DNA from: Aquabacterium sp.
Lineage (GTDB): Bacteria; Pseudomonadota; Gammaproteobacteria; Burkholderiales; Burkholderiaceae_C
Length of the DNA: 64,000 bases
Direction of reading: 5' to 3'
NCBI RefSeq assembly: GCF_036279655.1
Contig: NZ_DASUIT010000115.1
Location: forward strand, 10,214 to 74,213
Positions 11,812 through 21,218 of the stretch are shown piece after piece. Within the stretch, counting starts at the first letter, position 1; every line of letters starts with the position of its first letter. The translations under genes and the position numbers were made by a program. The notes under the pieces were generated by a model. That model worked only from the letters and a program-made list of their open reading frames with translations, was not told the DNA's origin and did no database searches.

Positions 11812-12560
11812 GTGCAGTACCTGATGTGTGGCGCGTGGTCGTGGTCGAAGACAACCACCAGACGCGTGAATTTCTCGAGTCGTGCATCCGTGCTCATCCG
11901 CAACTGACCCTGACGGCGTCGTTTGCGGCGTTGGCCCCGGCGCAGGACTGGTTTGCCGTGCACACCGCCGACGTGCTGTTGATCGATCTGGGCTTGCCCG
12001 ATGGCAGCGGGCTGACCCTGATGCGTCAGGTGCACCACCGCTGGCCCGCCTGCGACATGCTGGTGGTGTCGATGTTCGGTGATGAAGACAACGTGGTGGC
12101 CAGCATCGAAGCCGGGGCGGTGGGCTATGTGCACAAGGACGATGAGGCCGCTGACATCGCCCAGACCCTGCTGGCCGTCAAGCAGGGGGCGTCACCGATC
12201 TCGCCCATGATCGCGCGCCACCTGCTCAGACGCATGCAGCCGGTGGCGCCTCACATGCCCGTGGACGAGCCAGTGGATGCCCCCCTTGACACACCTCCTG
12301 GCGTGAGCACCGAGGGCGTTGTGTCGCTCACTCGCCGTGAGCAGGAGGTGCTGGAGTACATCGCCCGCGGCTTCTCGTATGCCGAGATCGCCCGCCTGCA
12401 GGGCATCACGGTGCACACCGTGCAGACCTACATCAAGAAGCTCTACGGCAAGCTGGCCGTGCACTCGCGCAGCGAGGCGGTGTTCGAGGCCAACCGCCTG
12501 GGCCTGCTCAACACCTTCAACAGCGCGATCACTTCAGGCGACGCTCCAGGGCGTCGATGA
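11808..12560 (+). CDS. NarL/LuxR-family response regulator
   Basis: Receiver motifs VVEDN, LLIDLGLPDGSG, YVHK; LuxR HTH LTRREQEVLEYIARGFSYAEIA. ATGA overlap with the kinase. Confidence 0.92.
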   Translation: MSAVPDVWRVVVVEDNHQTREFLESCIRAHPQLTLTASFAALAPAQDWFAVHTADVLLIDLGLPDGSGLTLMRQVHHRWPACDMLVVSMFGDEDNVVASIEAGAVGYVHKDDEAADIAQTLLAVKQGASPISPMIARHLLRRMQPVAPHMPVDEPVDAPLDTPPGVSTEGVVSLTRREQEVLEYIARGFSYAEIARLQGITVHTVQTYIKKLYGKLAVHSRSEAVFEANRLGLLNTFNSAITSGDAPGRR

Positions 12561-13473
12561 ACAGGGCCGCCACGTCGCAGCCGGTCTGCTGGGTGATCTC
12601 CTGAAAGCAGGTCGGGCTGGTCACATTGATTTCGGTGAGGCACTCGCCAATGATGTCCAGCCCCACCAGCAGCAGCCCGCGTGAGGCCAGCACGGGCCCC
12701 AGGGCCTCGGCGATGGCGCGGTCGTGGTCGCTCAGGGGCTGGGCCACGCCCAGGCCACCGGCCGCCAGATTGCCCCGCACCTCGCCGCCTTGCGGAATGC
12801 GGGCCAGGGCGTAGGGCACCGGCACCCCATCGATCAGCAGCACGCGTTTGTCCCCCTGTGTGATGGCACTCAGGTAGCGCTGCGCCATGATGGTCTGACG
12901 GCCGTTGTCGGTCAGGGTCTCCAGGATGCTGCCCAGGTTCAGGCCATCGTCACGCACGCGGAAGATTCCCATGCCACCCATGCCGTCCAGGGGCTTGAGG
13001 ATCACGTCATGATGCTGGGCATGGAAGGCCTTGAGCGCGGCCATGTCCGAGCTGACCATGGTGGGCGTGATGAACTGCGGAAACTCCAGGATGGCCAGCT
13101 TTTCCGGGTGATCGCGCAGGGCCTGCGGGCGGTTGAAAACCCTCGCGCCTTCGCGCTCGGCCTGGCCCAGCAGATGGGTGGCGTAGAGGTATTCGGTGTC
13201 GAAGGGCGGATCCTTGCGCATCAGCACGGCATCGAAGCCGCACAGCAGTTGCTGCCCTTCAGCCACCTGGCGCCACCAGTCCTGCGCATCGCCGGTCAGC
13301 TCGATTCGTTGCACATGGGCTGACACGGAGTGGCCTTGCTGCCAGCACAGGCTGGCGGTCTCACAGACCCACAGCTCATGCCCCCGCCGTGCCGCCTCGC
13401 GCATCATCGCGAAGGTGCTGTCCTTGTAGGTCTTGAAGGTGTGGAGCGGGTCGGCAACGAAGAGCAGCTTCAT
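12529..13473 (-). CDS. gshB: Glutathione synthetase
   Basis: KDST, LMRKDPPFD, EKL, LKPLDGMGG, GDKR, RGNLAAGG, EINVTSPT. Confidence 0.96.
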   Translation of the reverse strand: MKLLFVADPLHTFKTYKDSTFAMMREAARRGHELWVCETASLCWQQGHSVSAHVQRIELTGDAQDWWRQVAEGQQLLCGFDAVLMRKDPPFDTEYLYATHLLGQAEREGARVFNRPQALRDHPEKLAILEFPQFITPTMVSSDMAALKAFHAQHHDVILKPLDGMGGMGIFRVRDDGLNLGSILETLTDNGRQTIMAQRYLSAITQGDKRVLLIDGVPVPYALARIPQGGEVRGNLAAGGLGVAQPLSDHDRAIAEALGPVLASRGLLLVGLDIIGECLTEINVTSPTCFQEITQQTGCDVAALFIDALERRLK

Positions 13474-14612
13474 GGTGTGTCGTCAGAGTCAGGGGCGCGT
13501 GTACGGTAGTGTTCCACGAACAGCGTGAGCGCGCCGGCCACCAGCCCCCAGAAGGCCGAGCCCACACCCAGCAAGGTCACGCCCGAGAGGGTGACCAGGA
13601 AAGTGATCAGGGCCGCTTCGCGGTGGTTGGCCTCGTGCAAGGCCGTGGCCAGGCCACCGCCAATGGTGCCCAGCAGGGCCAGGCCCGCCACCCCCATCAC
13701 CAGCGCCCCGGGGAAGGCGGCCTGCACACCGGCCCCGGCACCGCCCAGCAGCCCCATGATCAGATAAAACACCCCAGCCATGATGGCGGCGGTATAGCGT
13801 TGCTTCGGGTGGGCGTGCGCGTGCGGGCTCAGCACGATGGCGGCCGTGATGGCGGCCAGGTTGAAGGTGTAGCCGCCAAAGGGCGCCAGCAGCAAGGTGG
13901 TCACGCCAGACCAGCTCATCAGGGCCGAGACGGGCGCGGGGTAGCCCGACACGCGAATGGCCGACACACCCGGCACCGCCTGAGAGGCCATGGTGACGAT
14001 GAACAGCGGCAGGCCCATGCCCAGCACCGCCTGCCAGGACCACTGAGGTGCCACGAAGACAGGGTGAGCGAAACGCCCGTTCAGAGCATCGGTATTGAGT
14101 TGTCCCTGTGCCGCAGCCAGTGCCGTGCCGGCGATCAGGACGCCCAGCACCGCGTAGCGTGGCCACCATCGCTTGCCCACCAGGTAGACCAGCAGCATGC
14201 TGATCACCAGACTGGGGTGGGTGCTGGCGCCCGCGAAGGCCATCAGGGCGAACTTGGCCAGGATGCCTGCCAGCAGGGCAGACGCCAGCGCCACGGGGAT
14301 GCGGTTCATCAGGCGCTCGAACACGCCACTCACCCCGGACAGCAGCATCAGGGCGCCACACACCAGGAACGCCCCCACGGCCTCGGGCAGCGAGACACCC
14401 GTGGCGGCGGCCGCGATCACGGCGGCCCCAGGCGTGGACCAGGTGATCAGGATGGGCGCGCGCGTCCACAGGGACAGGCCGATGGTGCTCAGACCCATGC
14501 CCAGCCCCAGGGCCCAGACCCAGGAGCTGATCTGATCCGGGCTGGCGCCCAGGGAGCGCGCGGCATGAAAGATCAGGGCGATGGTGCTGGTGAAGCCCAC
14601 CAGCGTGGCCAC
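13470..14612 (-). CDS. benE: BenE-family benzoate/H+ symporter-like transporter
   Basis: WSTPGAA, TMASQ, NLAAITAAI, REAALITFLVT motifs. The true N-terminus probably extends upstream of 14612 (see findings). Confidence 0.85.
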   Translation of the reverse strand: MATLVGFTSTIALIFHAARSLGASPDQISSWVWALGLGMGLSTIGLSLWTRAPILITWSTPGAAVIAAAATGVSLPEAVGAFLVCGALMLLSGVSGVFERLMNRIPVALASALLAGILAKFALMAFAGASTHPSLVISMLLVYLVGKRWWPRYAVLGVLIAGTALAAAQGQLNTDALNGRFAHPVFVAPQWSWQAVLGMGLPLFIVTMASQAVPGVSAIRVSGYPAPVSALMSWSGVTTLLLAPFGGYTFNLAAITAAIVLSPHAHAHPKQRYTAAIMAGVFYLIMGLLGGAGAGVQAAFPGALVMGVAGLALLGTIGGGLATALHEANHREAALITFLVTLSGVTLLGVGSAFWGLVAGALTLFVEHYRTRAPDSDDTP

Positions 14613-14685
14613 GAAGCCTGCCGAGACAGCCGCCAGGGAGCTGTCCTTGAAGACGCCATGCAGGGAGCGGATGAGGGTGTTCAGA

Positions 14686-16587
14686 TCAGATCTCGACCTT
14701 GGAGCCCATTTCGATCACGCGGTTGGCAGGCAGGCTCAGGAAATCTGCGGCCCCGGATGCATTGCGATGCATGCTGGCAAAGAGCTTCTCACGCCAGGGC
14801 GCCATGCCGCTGCCCAGGGTCGGAATGACAATGTCGCGCGACAGGAAATAGCTGGTCTCCATGTCTTCGAGCGTGACGCCGTGCTGCTTGAGCAGCTTGA
14901 GTGCCTGCGGGACATCGGGTTCATTCTTGAAGCCGTAGTGCAGCATGACCTGCCAGCAATCGTTGCCCAGGGACTGGACCTCGACGCGGTCCTTGAAGCC
15001 GATCCAGGGCACCTCGTGCGACTTGACGGTCACGAACAGGTTCTGCTCGTGCAGGACCTTGTTGTGCTTGAGGTTGTGCAGCAGGGCATTGGGCGTGGTG
15101 CCCGCATCGGCATTGAGGAAGACCGCCGTGCCACTCACCCGCGTGGGCGGGCTGGAGAAGACGGCCTCCAGGAAGGGCTGGAGGTCGATCGAGTCGTCAC
15201 GCAGGCGCTCGCTGAGCAGGGCGCGGCCGTTCTTCCAGGTCATCATCAGCATGAACATCACGCCACCGATCAGCAGCGGGAACCAGCCGCCATCGAAGAT
15301 CTTGATGACGTTGGCACTGAAGAACATGATGTCGATGAACAGGAAGAAACCCGTCGCCATGATGCACAGCGGCAGGGTCAGCTTCCAGGCAAAGCGAATC
15401 ACGAAGAAGGTCAGCACCGTCGTGATCAGCATGTCGATGGTCACCGTGATGCCATAGGCGGCAGCCAGTCGGCTGCTGGAGCCGAACAGGGCCACGGCCA
15501 GCACGATACAGGCATACAGGGACCAGTTGACGAAGGGGATGTAGATCTGGCCCGTCTCGTTGATCGAGGTGTGCAGGATGCGCAGGCGTGGCAGGTAGCC
15601 CAGTTGGATCACCTGCTTGGTCACCGAGAAGGCGGCGGTGATCAGGGCCTGCGAGGCGATCACGGTGGCAAACGTGGCCAGGATGATCAAGGGGTAGAGC
15701 GCCCAGTGAGGGGCCATCTCGTAAAAGGGATTGTTGACGTTTTCCGGGTGGGCCAGCAGCATGGCGCCCTGCCCGAAGTAGTTGAGCACCAGGGACGGCA
15801 TGACCAGGCCGAACCAGGCCAGGCGGATGGGTTTCTTGCCAAAGTGGCCCATGTCCGCATACAGCGCCTCGGCACCGGTGGCGCACAGGATCACGGCCCC
15901 CAGGGCCACGAAGGCCATCTTGGGGTGGTGGTACATGAAGCCCAGAGCGTGGTGCGGGCTGATGGCCTCCAGCACGGCCGGGTTCCTGAGCACGTGGACT
16001 CCCCCGAGCAAGGCCAGCACGATGAACCACACCAGGGTGATGGGACCGAAGAATTTGCCGATGCCGGCGGTGCCATGTTTCTGCACCGCAAAGAGCAGGG
16101 TCAGCACGATCAGCGTGACCGGAATCACGTAGCTCTGCAACTGGGGCGCGGCCACGACCATGCCCTCGACCGCCGACAGCACCGAGATGGCCGGCGTGAT
16201 GACGCCGTCGCCAAAGAAGATGGCGGTGCCGAAGATGCCGACCGCCAGCAGCCTGGCGCGCACAGCAGGCCGATCGGCCACCGCCGTGGAGGCCAGGGCC
16301 AGCATGGCGATCAGGCCGCCTTCACCGTTGTTGTCCGCTCGAAGGATCAGGGTCACGTACTTGAGCGACACGACCACCGTGAACGTCCAGAAGATCATCG
16401 ACAAGATGCCGTAGATGTTCTCCGGGGTCACGCTCATGTGGCCGTGGATGAAGGCCTCCTTGAGGGCGTACAGCGGGCTGGTGCCGATGTCGCCATAGAC
16501 GATGCCGATGGCCCCGAGGGTGAGGGCAGCCAGTTGAGCGGTCGTTAGCGCTTCTTTAGGGGCGTGTTGCACGGGAAACGGTCGCAA
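14686..16587 (-). CDS. kup: Kup potassium transporter
   Basis: [49 protein letters not shown]. Confidence 0.96.
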   Translation of the reverse strand: MRPFPVQHAPKEALTTAQLAALTLGAIGIVYGDIGTSPLYALKEAFIHGHMSVTPENIYGILSMIFWTFTVVVSLKYVTLILRADNNGEGGLIAMLALASTAVADRPAVRARLLAVGIFGTAIFFGDGVITPAISVLSAVEGMVVAAPQLQSYVIPVTLIVLTLLFAVQKHGTAGIGKFFGPITLVWFIVLALLGGVHVLRNPAVLEAISPHHALGFMYHHPKMAFVALGAVILCATGAEALYADMGHFGKKPIRLAWFGLVMPSLVLNYFGQGAMLLAHPENVNNPFYEMAPHWALYPLIILATFATVIASQALITAAFSVTKQVIQLGYLPRLRILHTSINETGQIYIPFVNWSLYACIVLAVALFGSSSRLAAAYGITVTIDMLITTVLTFFVIRFAWKLTLPLCIMATGFFLFIDIMFFSANVIKIFDGGWFPLLIGGVMFMLMMTWKNGRALLSERLRDDSIDLQPFLEAVFSSPPTRVSGTAVFLNADAGTTPNALLHNLKHNKVLHEQNLFVTVKSHEVPWIGFKDRVEVQSLGNDCWQVMLHYGFKNEPDVPQALKLLKQHGVTLEDMETSYFLSRDIVIPTLGSGMAPWREKLFASMHRNASGAADFLSLPANRVIEMGSKVEI

Positions 16588-16721
16588 TGTCCTGTAGAGG
16601 GCTCATTGTGCGCCCGTTCGGCCTGGTTTTTGTTGCACCGCCGCATGGAGAATCCCCGCAAATGGGTCACTTTCGGGCCTTGACAAACCGGGCCGGACAG
16701 TGGTGCGGGGTGTCGTGTGGG

Positions 16722-18017
16722 TCAGTCGTAGACCTCGGCGTTCGGGTCGGTGGCCTCCAGCTCGTAACTGGCCGCCAGCATGGCCAGTCGGCCCACCACA
16801 CCGTACATGTAGAAGCGGTTGGGTGCGCTGACGCCCGGTTTGGCGCCCAGGCGGGGCAGATGGGCCGGCTCGGCAAAGGCCAGCGGCACGAAGCTCGCGC
16901 CTGGGGCATTGAGGTTCTCGTCGATGCCGCGCTCGGCATGCACGCGATAGAAGCCCCCCACCACGTAGCGATCGATCATGTAGACCACGGGTTCGGCCAC
17001 GGCCTCGTTGATCTGCTCGTAGGTGGGCACGCCCTCCTGGATGATCACGCGGCTGACGGACTGCCCGTCCTTGACGACCGACATCTTGTTGCGGGCTCGG
17101 CGGTTCAGGTCGGCCACCTCCTTGGCATCTCGCACGGTCATGATGCCCATGCCGTACGTGCCGTTGTCGGCCTTGACGATGACAAACGGCTTTTCGTTGA
17201 TGCCGTATTCCTTGTACTTGCGGCGGATCTTGCCCAGCAGGGTATCGACCTGGGACTGCAGGCACTCGATGCCGGTGCCCTCCTGGAAGTCGACCTCGTC
17301 GCACGAGGCGTACATGGGGTTGATCAGCCAGGGGTCCATGCCCAGCAGCTTGGCGAACTTCTTGGCGACGTCCTCGTAAGCCTGAAAGTGCTGGCTCTTG
17401 CGGCGCACCGCCCAGCCCGCATGCAGCGGAGGCAGCAGGTATTGCTCGTGCAGGCCTTGCAGGATCTCGGGGATGCCGGCCGACAGGTCGTTGTTGAGCA
17501 GGATGGTGCAGGGGTCGAAATGCTTGAGGCCCAGGCGCCGCTTGGTGCGCACCAGGGGTTCGAGCGTGAGGGTGTCGCCATCGGGCAGGTTGAGCGTGGT
17601 GGGCTCGGTGATGGTTTCGTCCAGGGTGCCCAGGCGCACGTTCAGTCCTGCCACACTGAAGATCTGCACCAGTCGCGCCACGTTCTGCAGATAGAAGGTG
17701 TTGCGGGTGTGCTTTTCAGGGATCAGCAGCAGGTTCTTGGCCTCGGGGCAGATCTTTTCGATGGCGGCCATGGCGGCTTGCACGGCCAGGGGCAGCATTT
17801 CGGGCGTCAGGTTGTTGAAGCCACCGGGGAAGAGGTTGGTGTCCACCGGTGCCAGCTTGAAGCCCGCGTTGCGCACGTCCACCGAGGTGTAGAAGGGCGG
17901 TGTGTGCTCCATCCACTCCAGGCGGAACCAGCGCTCGATGGCCGGCATGGACTCCAGCATGCGCTGCTCCAGCTCGTTGATGGGGCCAGTGAGGGCGGTG
18001 ATCAGGTGAGGGACCAT
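16722..18017 (-). CDS. gshA: Glutamate-cysteine ligase (betaproteobacterial type)
   Basis: PPFYTSVDVRNAGFKLAPVDTNLFPGGFNNL, KADNGTYGMG, ENLNAPG. Confidence 0.93.
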   Translation of the reverse strand: MVPHLITALTGPINELEQRMLESMPAIERWFRLEWMEHTPPFYTSVDVRNAGFKLAPVDTNLFPGGFNNLTPEMLPLAVQAAMAAIEKICPEAKNLLLIPEKHTRNTFYLQNVARLVQIFSVAGLNVRLGTLDETITEPTTLNLPDGDTLTLEPLVRTKRRLGLKHFDPCTILLNNDLSAGIPEILQGLHEQYLLPPLHAGWAVRRKSQHFQAYEDVAKKFAKLLGMDPWLINPMYASCDEVDFQEGTGIECLQSQVDTLLGKIRRKYKEYGINEKPFVIVKADNGTYGMGIMTVRDAKEVADLNRRARNKMSVVKDGQSVSRVIIQEGVPTYEQINEAVAEPVVYMIDRYVVGGFYRVHAERGIDENLNAPGASFVPLAFAEPAHLPRLGAKPGVSAPNRFYMYGVVGRLAMLAASYELEATDPNAEVYD

Positions 18018-18134
18018 GGTGGGCTGCGGTGTTGTCGTTCGTCGATCCGGGCATTGTAGGAAGTTCGCGCTCAGGCTGCTTTGACTTTCGAGAAGACATG
18101 AAAAAGGCTGCCGGGGACGGTGCCACCCGATACA

Positions 18135-18411
18135 CGCTTTGTCGATGCAGCGCGGGGCGCGGGCTGAGCCGGCTTCCGGGCGGGCTTCAATGTGGGTGGT
18201 CCCGTCTGCGACGGGACGCCCCTCCGGTGCTCGCCATGGGCTTGTGCCGTGGAACTCGCTGCGCGGCCGACGCCGCTGCGCTCAAACAACCACGGCAGGT
18301 CAGATGACGAAGCGTGCTGCGCACGCCAAGCTCATGGCTGCGCTCCTCGGCACCCACAAGGCGCCCGCCCGAAAACCGGCTCAGCCCTTCTTCGCCCCGC
18401 TGATGGCATGC
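18135..18411 (+). repeat. Structured repeat element, copy A (~275 nt)
   Basis: Similar along its length to the reverse complement of 18558-18838; nested stems with compensatory differences. Confidence 0.9.
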
Positions 18412-18557
18412 CGAGACCGTCAAGGGCACGGCTAGCGCGCATTGAACGTGAAAGTCAGGGTGGCGGATGAATGAACTGGGAGCGGTCAACTCAAAGGTCT
18501 GTGTGCGTTCGACCATGGGTGCGAAAGCGCGTCGACCATGGAACGCCAGGACTTCTA

Positions 18558-18838
18558 CGCAGGCCACCAGTGGGGCGATCAAAGGGGTGAAGGGGCACGC
18601 GGCCGGGCGCCTTGTGGGTGCCGAGGAGCGCAGCCATGGGCTTGGCGCGCGTTAGCGCGCTTCGTGAACATGCTTGCCGTGGTTGTGTGAGTGCAGCGGC
18701 TGAAAGCCGCGGAGCGAGTTCCACGGCACAAGCCCATGGGGAGCACCACAGGGCAGTCCTGCCGCAGGCAGGACCACCCACATTGAAGCCCGGCCGCGTG
18801 CCCCTTCACCCCGCGCCCCGCGCTGCACCGACAAAGCG
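18558..18838 (-). repeat. Structured repeat element, copy B (inverted relative to A)
   Basis: Perfect 25-bp closing inverted repeat (18584-18608 with 18788-18812); conserved blocks shared with copy A such as GGGCTTCAATGTGGGTGGTCC, CCATGGGCTTGTGCCGTGGAACTCGCT and CATGGCTGCGCTCCTCGGCACCCACAAGGCGCCCG. Confidence 0.9.
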
Positions 18839-18856
18839 CTCCACAGTCAGCCGAGC

Positions 18857-18884
18857 AAAAAAAAGAGGCTGCCCGAAGGCAGCC
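18857..18884 (-). terminator. Intrinsic terminator of glnK-amtB
   Basis: GGCTGCC-ttcg-GGCAGCC followed by TCTTTTTTTT on the minus strand. Confidence 0.85.
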
Positions 18885-18918
18885 CCTGCAAGGGTCGGTT
18901 GAGTCAACCCGGATCAAA

Positions 18919-20469
18919 TCACTTGTGGTAGGCCGTCTCGCCGTGCGAGGTGATGTCCAGACCTTCGCGCTCTTCGTCCTCGGGGACACGCAGGCCGATG
19001 ACCAGGTCCACGATCTTGAAGGCGATCACGGAGACCACACCCGACCACACGATGGTGATCAGCACGCCCTTGAGTTGGATCCATACCTGGCTGGCGATGG
19101 AGTAGTCAGCGCCGCTGACCATGGCCACGGTGGTCCAGTCGGACACCAGGCTGGGGCCACCCAGGTTGGGCGAGTTGAACACACCGGTCAACAGGGCACC
19201 CAGGATGCCACCCACACCGTGCACGCCGAACACGTCCAGGGAGTCGTCTGCGCCCAGCAGCTTCTTCAGACCCGTCACACCCCACAGGCAGACCAGGCCA
19301 GCGACCAGACCGATGATCAGGGCACCGCCGACGCCGACGTTGCCGGCAGCGGGGGTGATGGCGACCAAGCCGGCCACGGCACCCGAGGCCGCACCCAGCA
19401 TCGAGGCCTTGCCCTTGAGCAGCGCTTCACCCAGGATCCAGCCCAGCACAGCCGCAGCGGTGGCCGCGAAGGTGTTGATGAAGGCCAGGGCAGCAAAGCC
19501 GTTGGCTTCCAGGGCGGAGCCGGCGTTGAAGCCGAACCAGCCCACCCACAGCAGCGAGGCACCCACCATGGTCAGCGTCAGCGAGTGAGGCGTGAACGCT
19601 TCCTTGCCGTAGCCGATGCGCTTGCCCACCATGTAGGCGCCCACCAGACCGGCGACAGCGGCGTTGATGTGCACCACGGTGCCGCCCGCGAAGTCCAGAG
19701 CGCCGTGTTGCCAGATCAGGCCGGCCTTGGCCGTCATGTCGGCAGCCACTTCAGCCGAGGAGTAGGCGTCGGGGCCCATCCAGAACCAGACCATGTGGGC
19801 CATCGGGGTGTAGCTGAAGGTGAACCAGATCACCATGAACAGCAGCACGGCCGAGAACTTGATGCGCTCAGCAAAGGCGCCCACGATCAGGCAGCAGGTG
19901 ATGCCGGCGAAGGTGGCCTGGAAGGCTGCAAACACGATCTCGGGGATGTAGACACCCTTGCTGAAGGTGGCGGCAGGACCGAAGGTGCCCGCAGCGTTGT
20001 CCCAGACACCCTTCATCATCAGGCGATCGAGGCCACCGATGAAGGCATTGCCCTCGGTGAAGGCCAGCGAGTAGCCGTAGATGAACCACAGCACGACGAT
20101 CAGCGAGAAGGTCACCATGACCTGCATCAGCACGGACAGCATGTTCTTGCTGCGCACCAGACCGCCGTAGAACAGGGCCAGACCCGGCACGGTCATGAGG
20201 ATCACCAGCAGCGTGGAGACCATCATCCAGGCGGTGTCACCCTTGTTGAAGGTGGGGGCCGCCGCAGGGGCGGGCTCGGCGGCCGAAGCGGCCTCCGCAG
20301 GGGCGGGCGCCGCTGCCGACGCAGCATCGGCGGGAGCCGCCGTGGATGCCGTGTCAGCGACAGCCGAAGCAGCGACCGGGACCGCAGTGGCGGTGTCCTG
20401 GGCGTGCGAGACGCCCAGCAGACCGAAGGCTGCGAGACCCAGTGCGATCGACGCAATGAGCTTTCTCAT
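18919..20469 (-). CDS. amtB: Ammonium transporter AmtB
   Basis: GDTAW, PGLALFYGG, DFAGGTVVH, LWVGWFGFNAGS, DDSLDVFGVHG, GLDITSHGE; long Ala/Pro-rich N-terminal extension after the signal peptide. Confidence 0.96.
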   Translation of the reverse strand: MRKLIASIALGLAAFGLLGVSHAQDTATAVPVAASAVADTASTAAPADAASAAAPAPAEAASAAEPAPAAAPTFNKGDTAWMMVSTLLVILMTVPGLALFYGGLVRSKNMLSVLMQVMVTFSLIVVLWFIYGYSLAFTEGNAFIGGLDRLMMKGVWDNAAGTFGPAATFSKGVYIPEIVFAAFQATFAGITCCLIVGAFAERIKFSAVLLFMVIWFTFSYTPMAHMVWFWMGPDAYSSAEVAADMTAKAGLIWQHGALDFAGGTVVHINAAVAGLVGAYMVGKRIGYGKEAFTPHSLTLTMVGASLLWVGWFGFNAGSALEANGFAALAFINTFAATAAAVLGWILGEALLKGKASMLGAASGAVAGLVAITPAAGNVGVGGALIIGLVAGLVCLWGVTGLKKLLGADDSLDVFGVHGVGGILGALLTGVFNSPNLGGPSLVSDWTTVAMVSGADYSIASQVWIQLKGVLITIVWSGVVSVIAFKIVDLVIGLRVPEDEEREGLDITSHGETAYHK

Positions 20470-20565
20470 GAGTGACCTCTTGGAAATGTATTGGGTGAAC
20501 AGACAAGGGGACTCCCCGCGCATCTCAAGCGCAGATCAGGAGTGCCCCAAAAAGGGGTGAAGCGC

Positions 20566-21106
<541 letters not shown>

Positions 21107-21218
21107 TCACGCCCTCTTCGGAGGGGCCTCGCTCCACAGAGGGGGGTGAATGTTGCGCGGGTGTCTGCACAATCACGCCCCAAACAAGCACATCCAACGA
21201 ACTCAGGAGCCCTTTGCC

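Noticed and set aside
16588-16721. c-di-AMP or other riboswitch upstream of kup
   Set aside because: No recognisable aptamer consensus or expression platform.
18135-18838. CRISPR array or autonomous IS interpretation of the repeats
   Set aside because: Only two long inverted copies, with no repeat-spacer periodicity, no cas genes and no transposase ORF.
18029-18989. Many short ORFs across the amtB-gshA intergenic region
   Set aside because: They are translations of the GC-rich repeat copies in several frames, with no coding bias or known motif.
20195-20420. Ala/Pro-rich low-complexity segment in AmtB as a separate repeat element
   Set aside because: In-frame periplasmic linker after the signal peptide, of a kind seen in other betaproteobacterial AmtB proteins.
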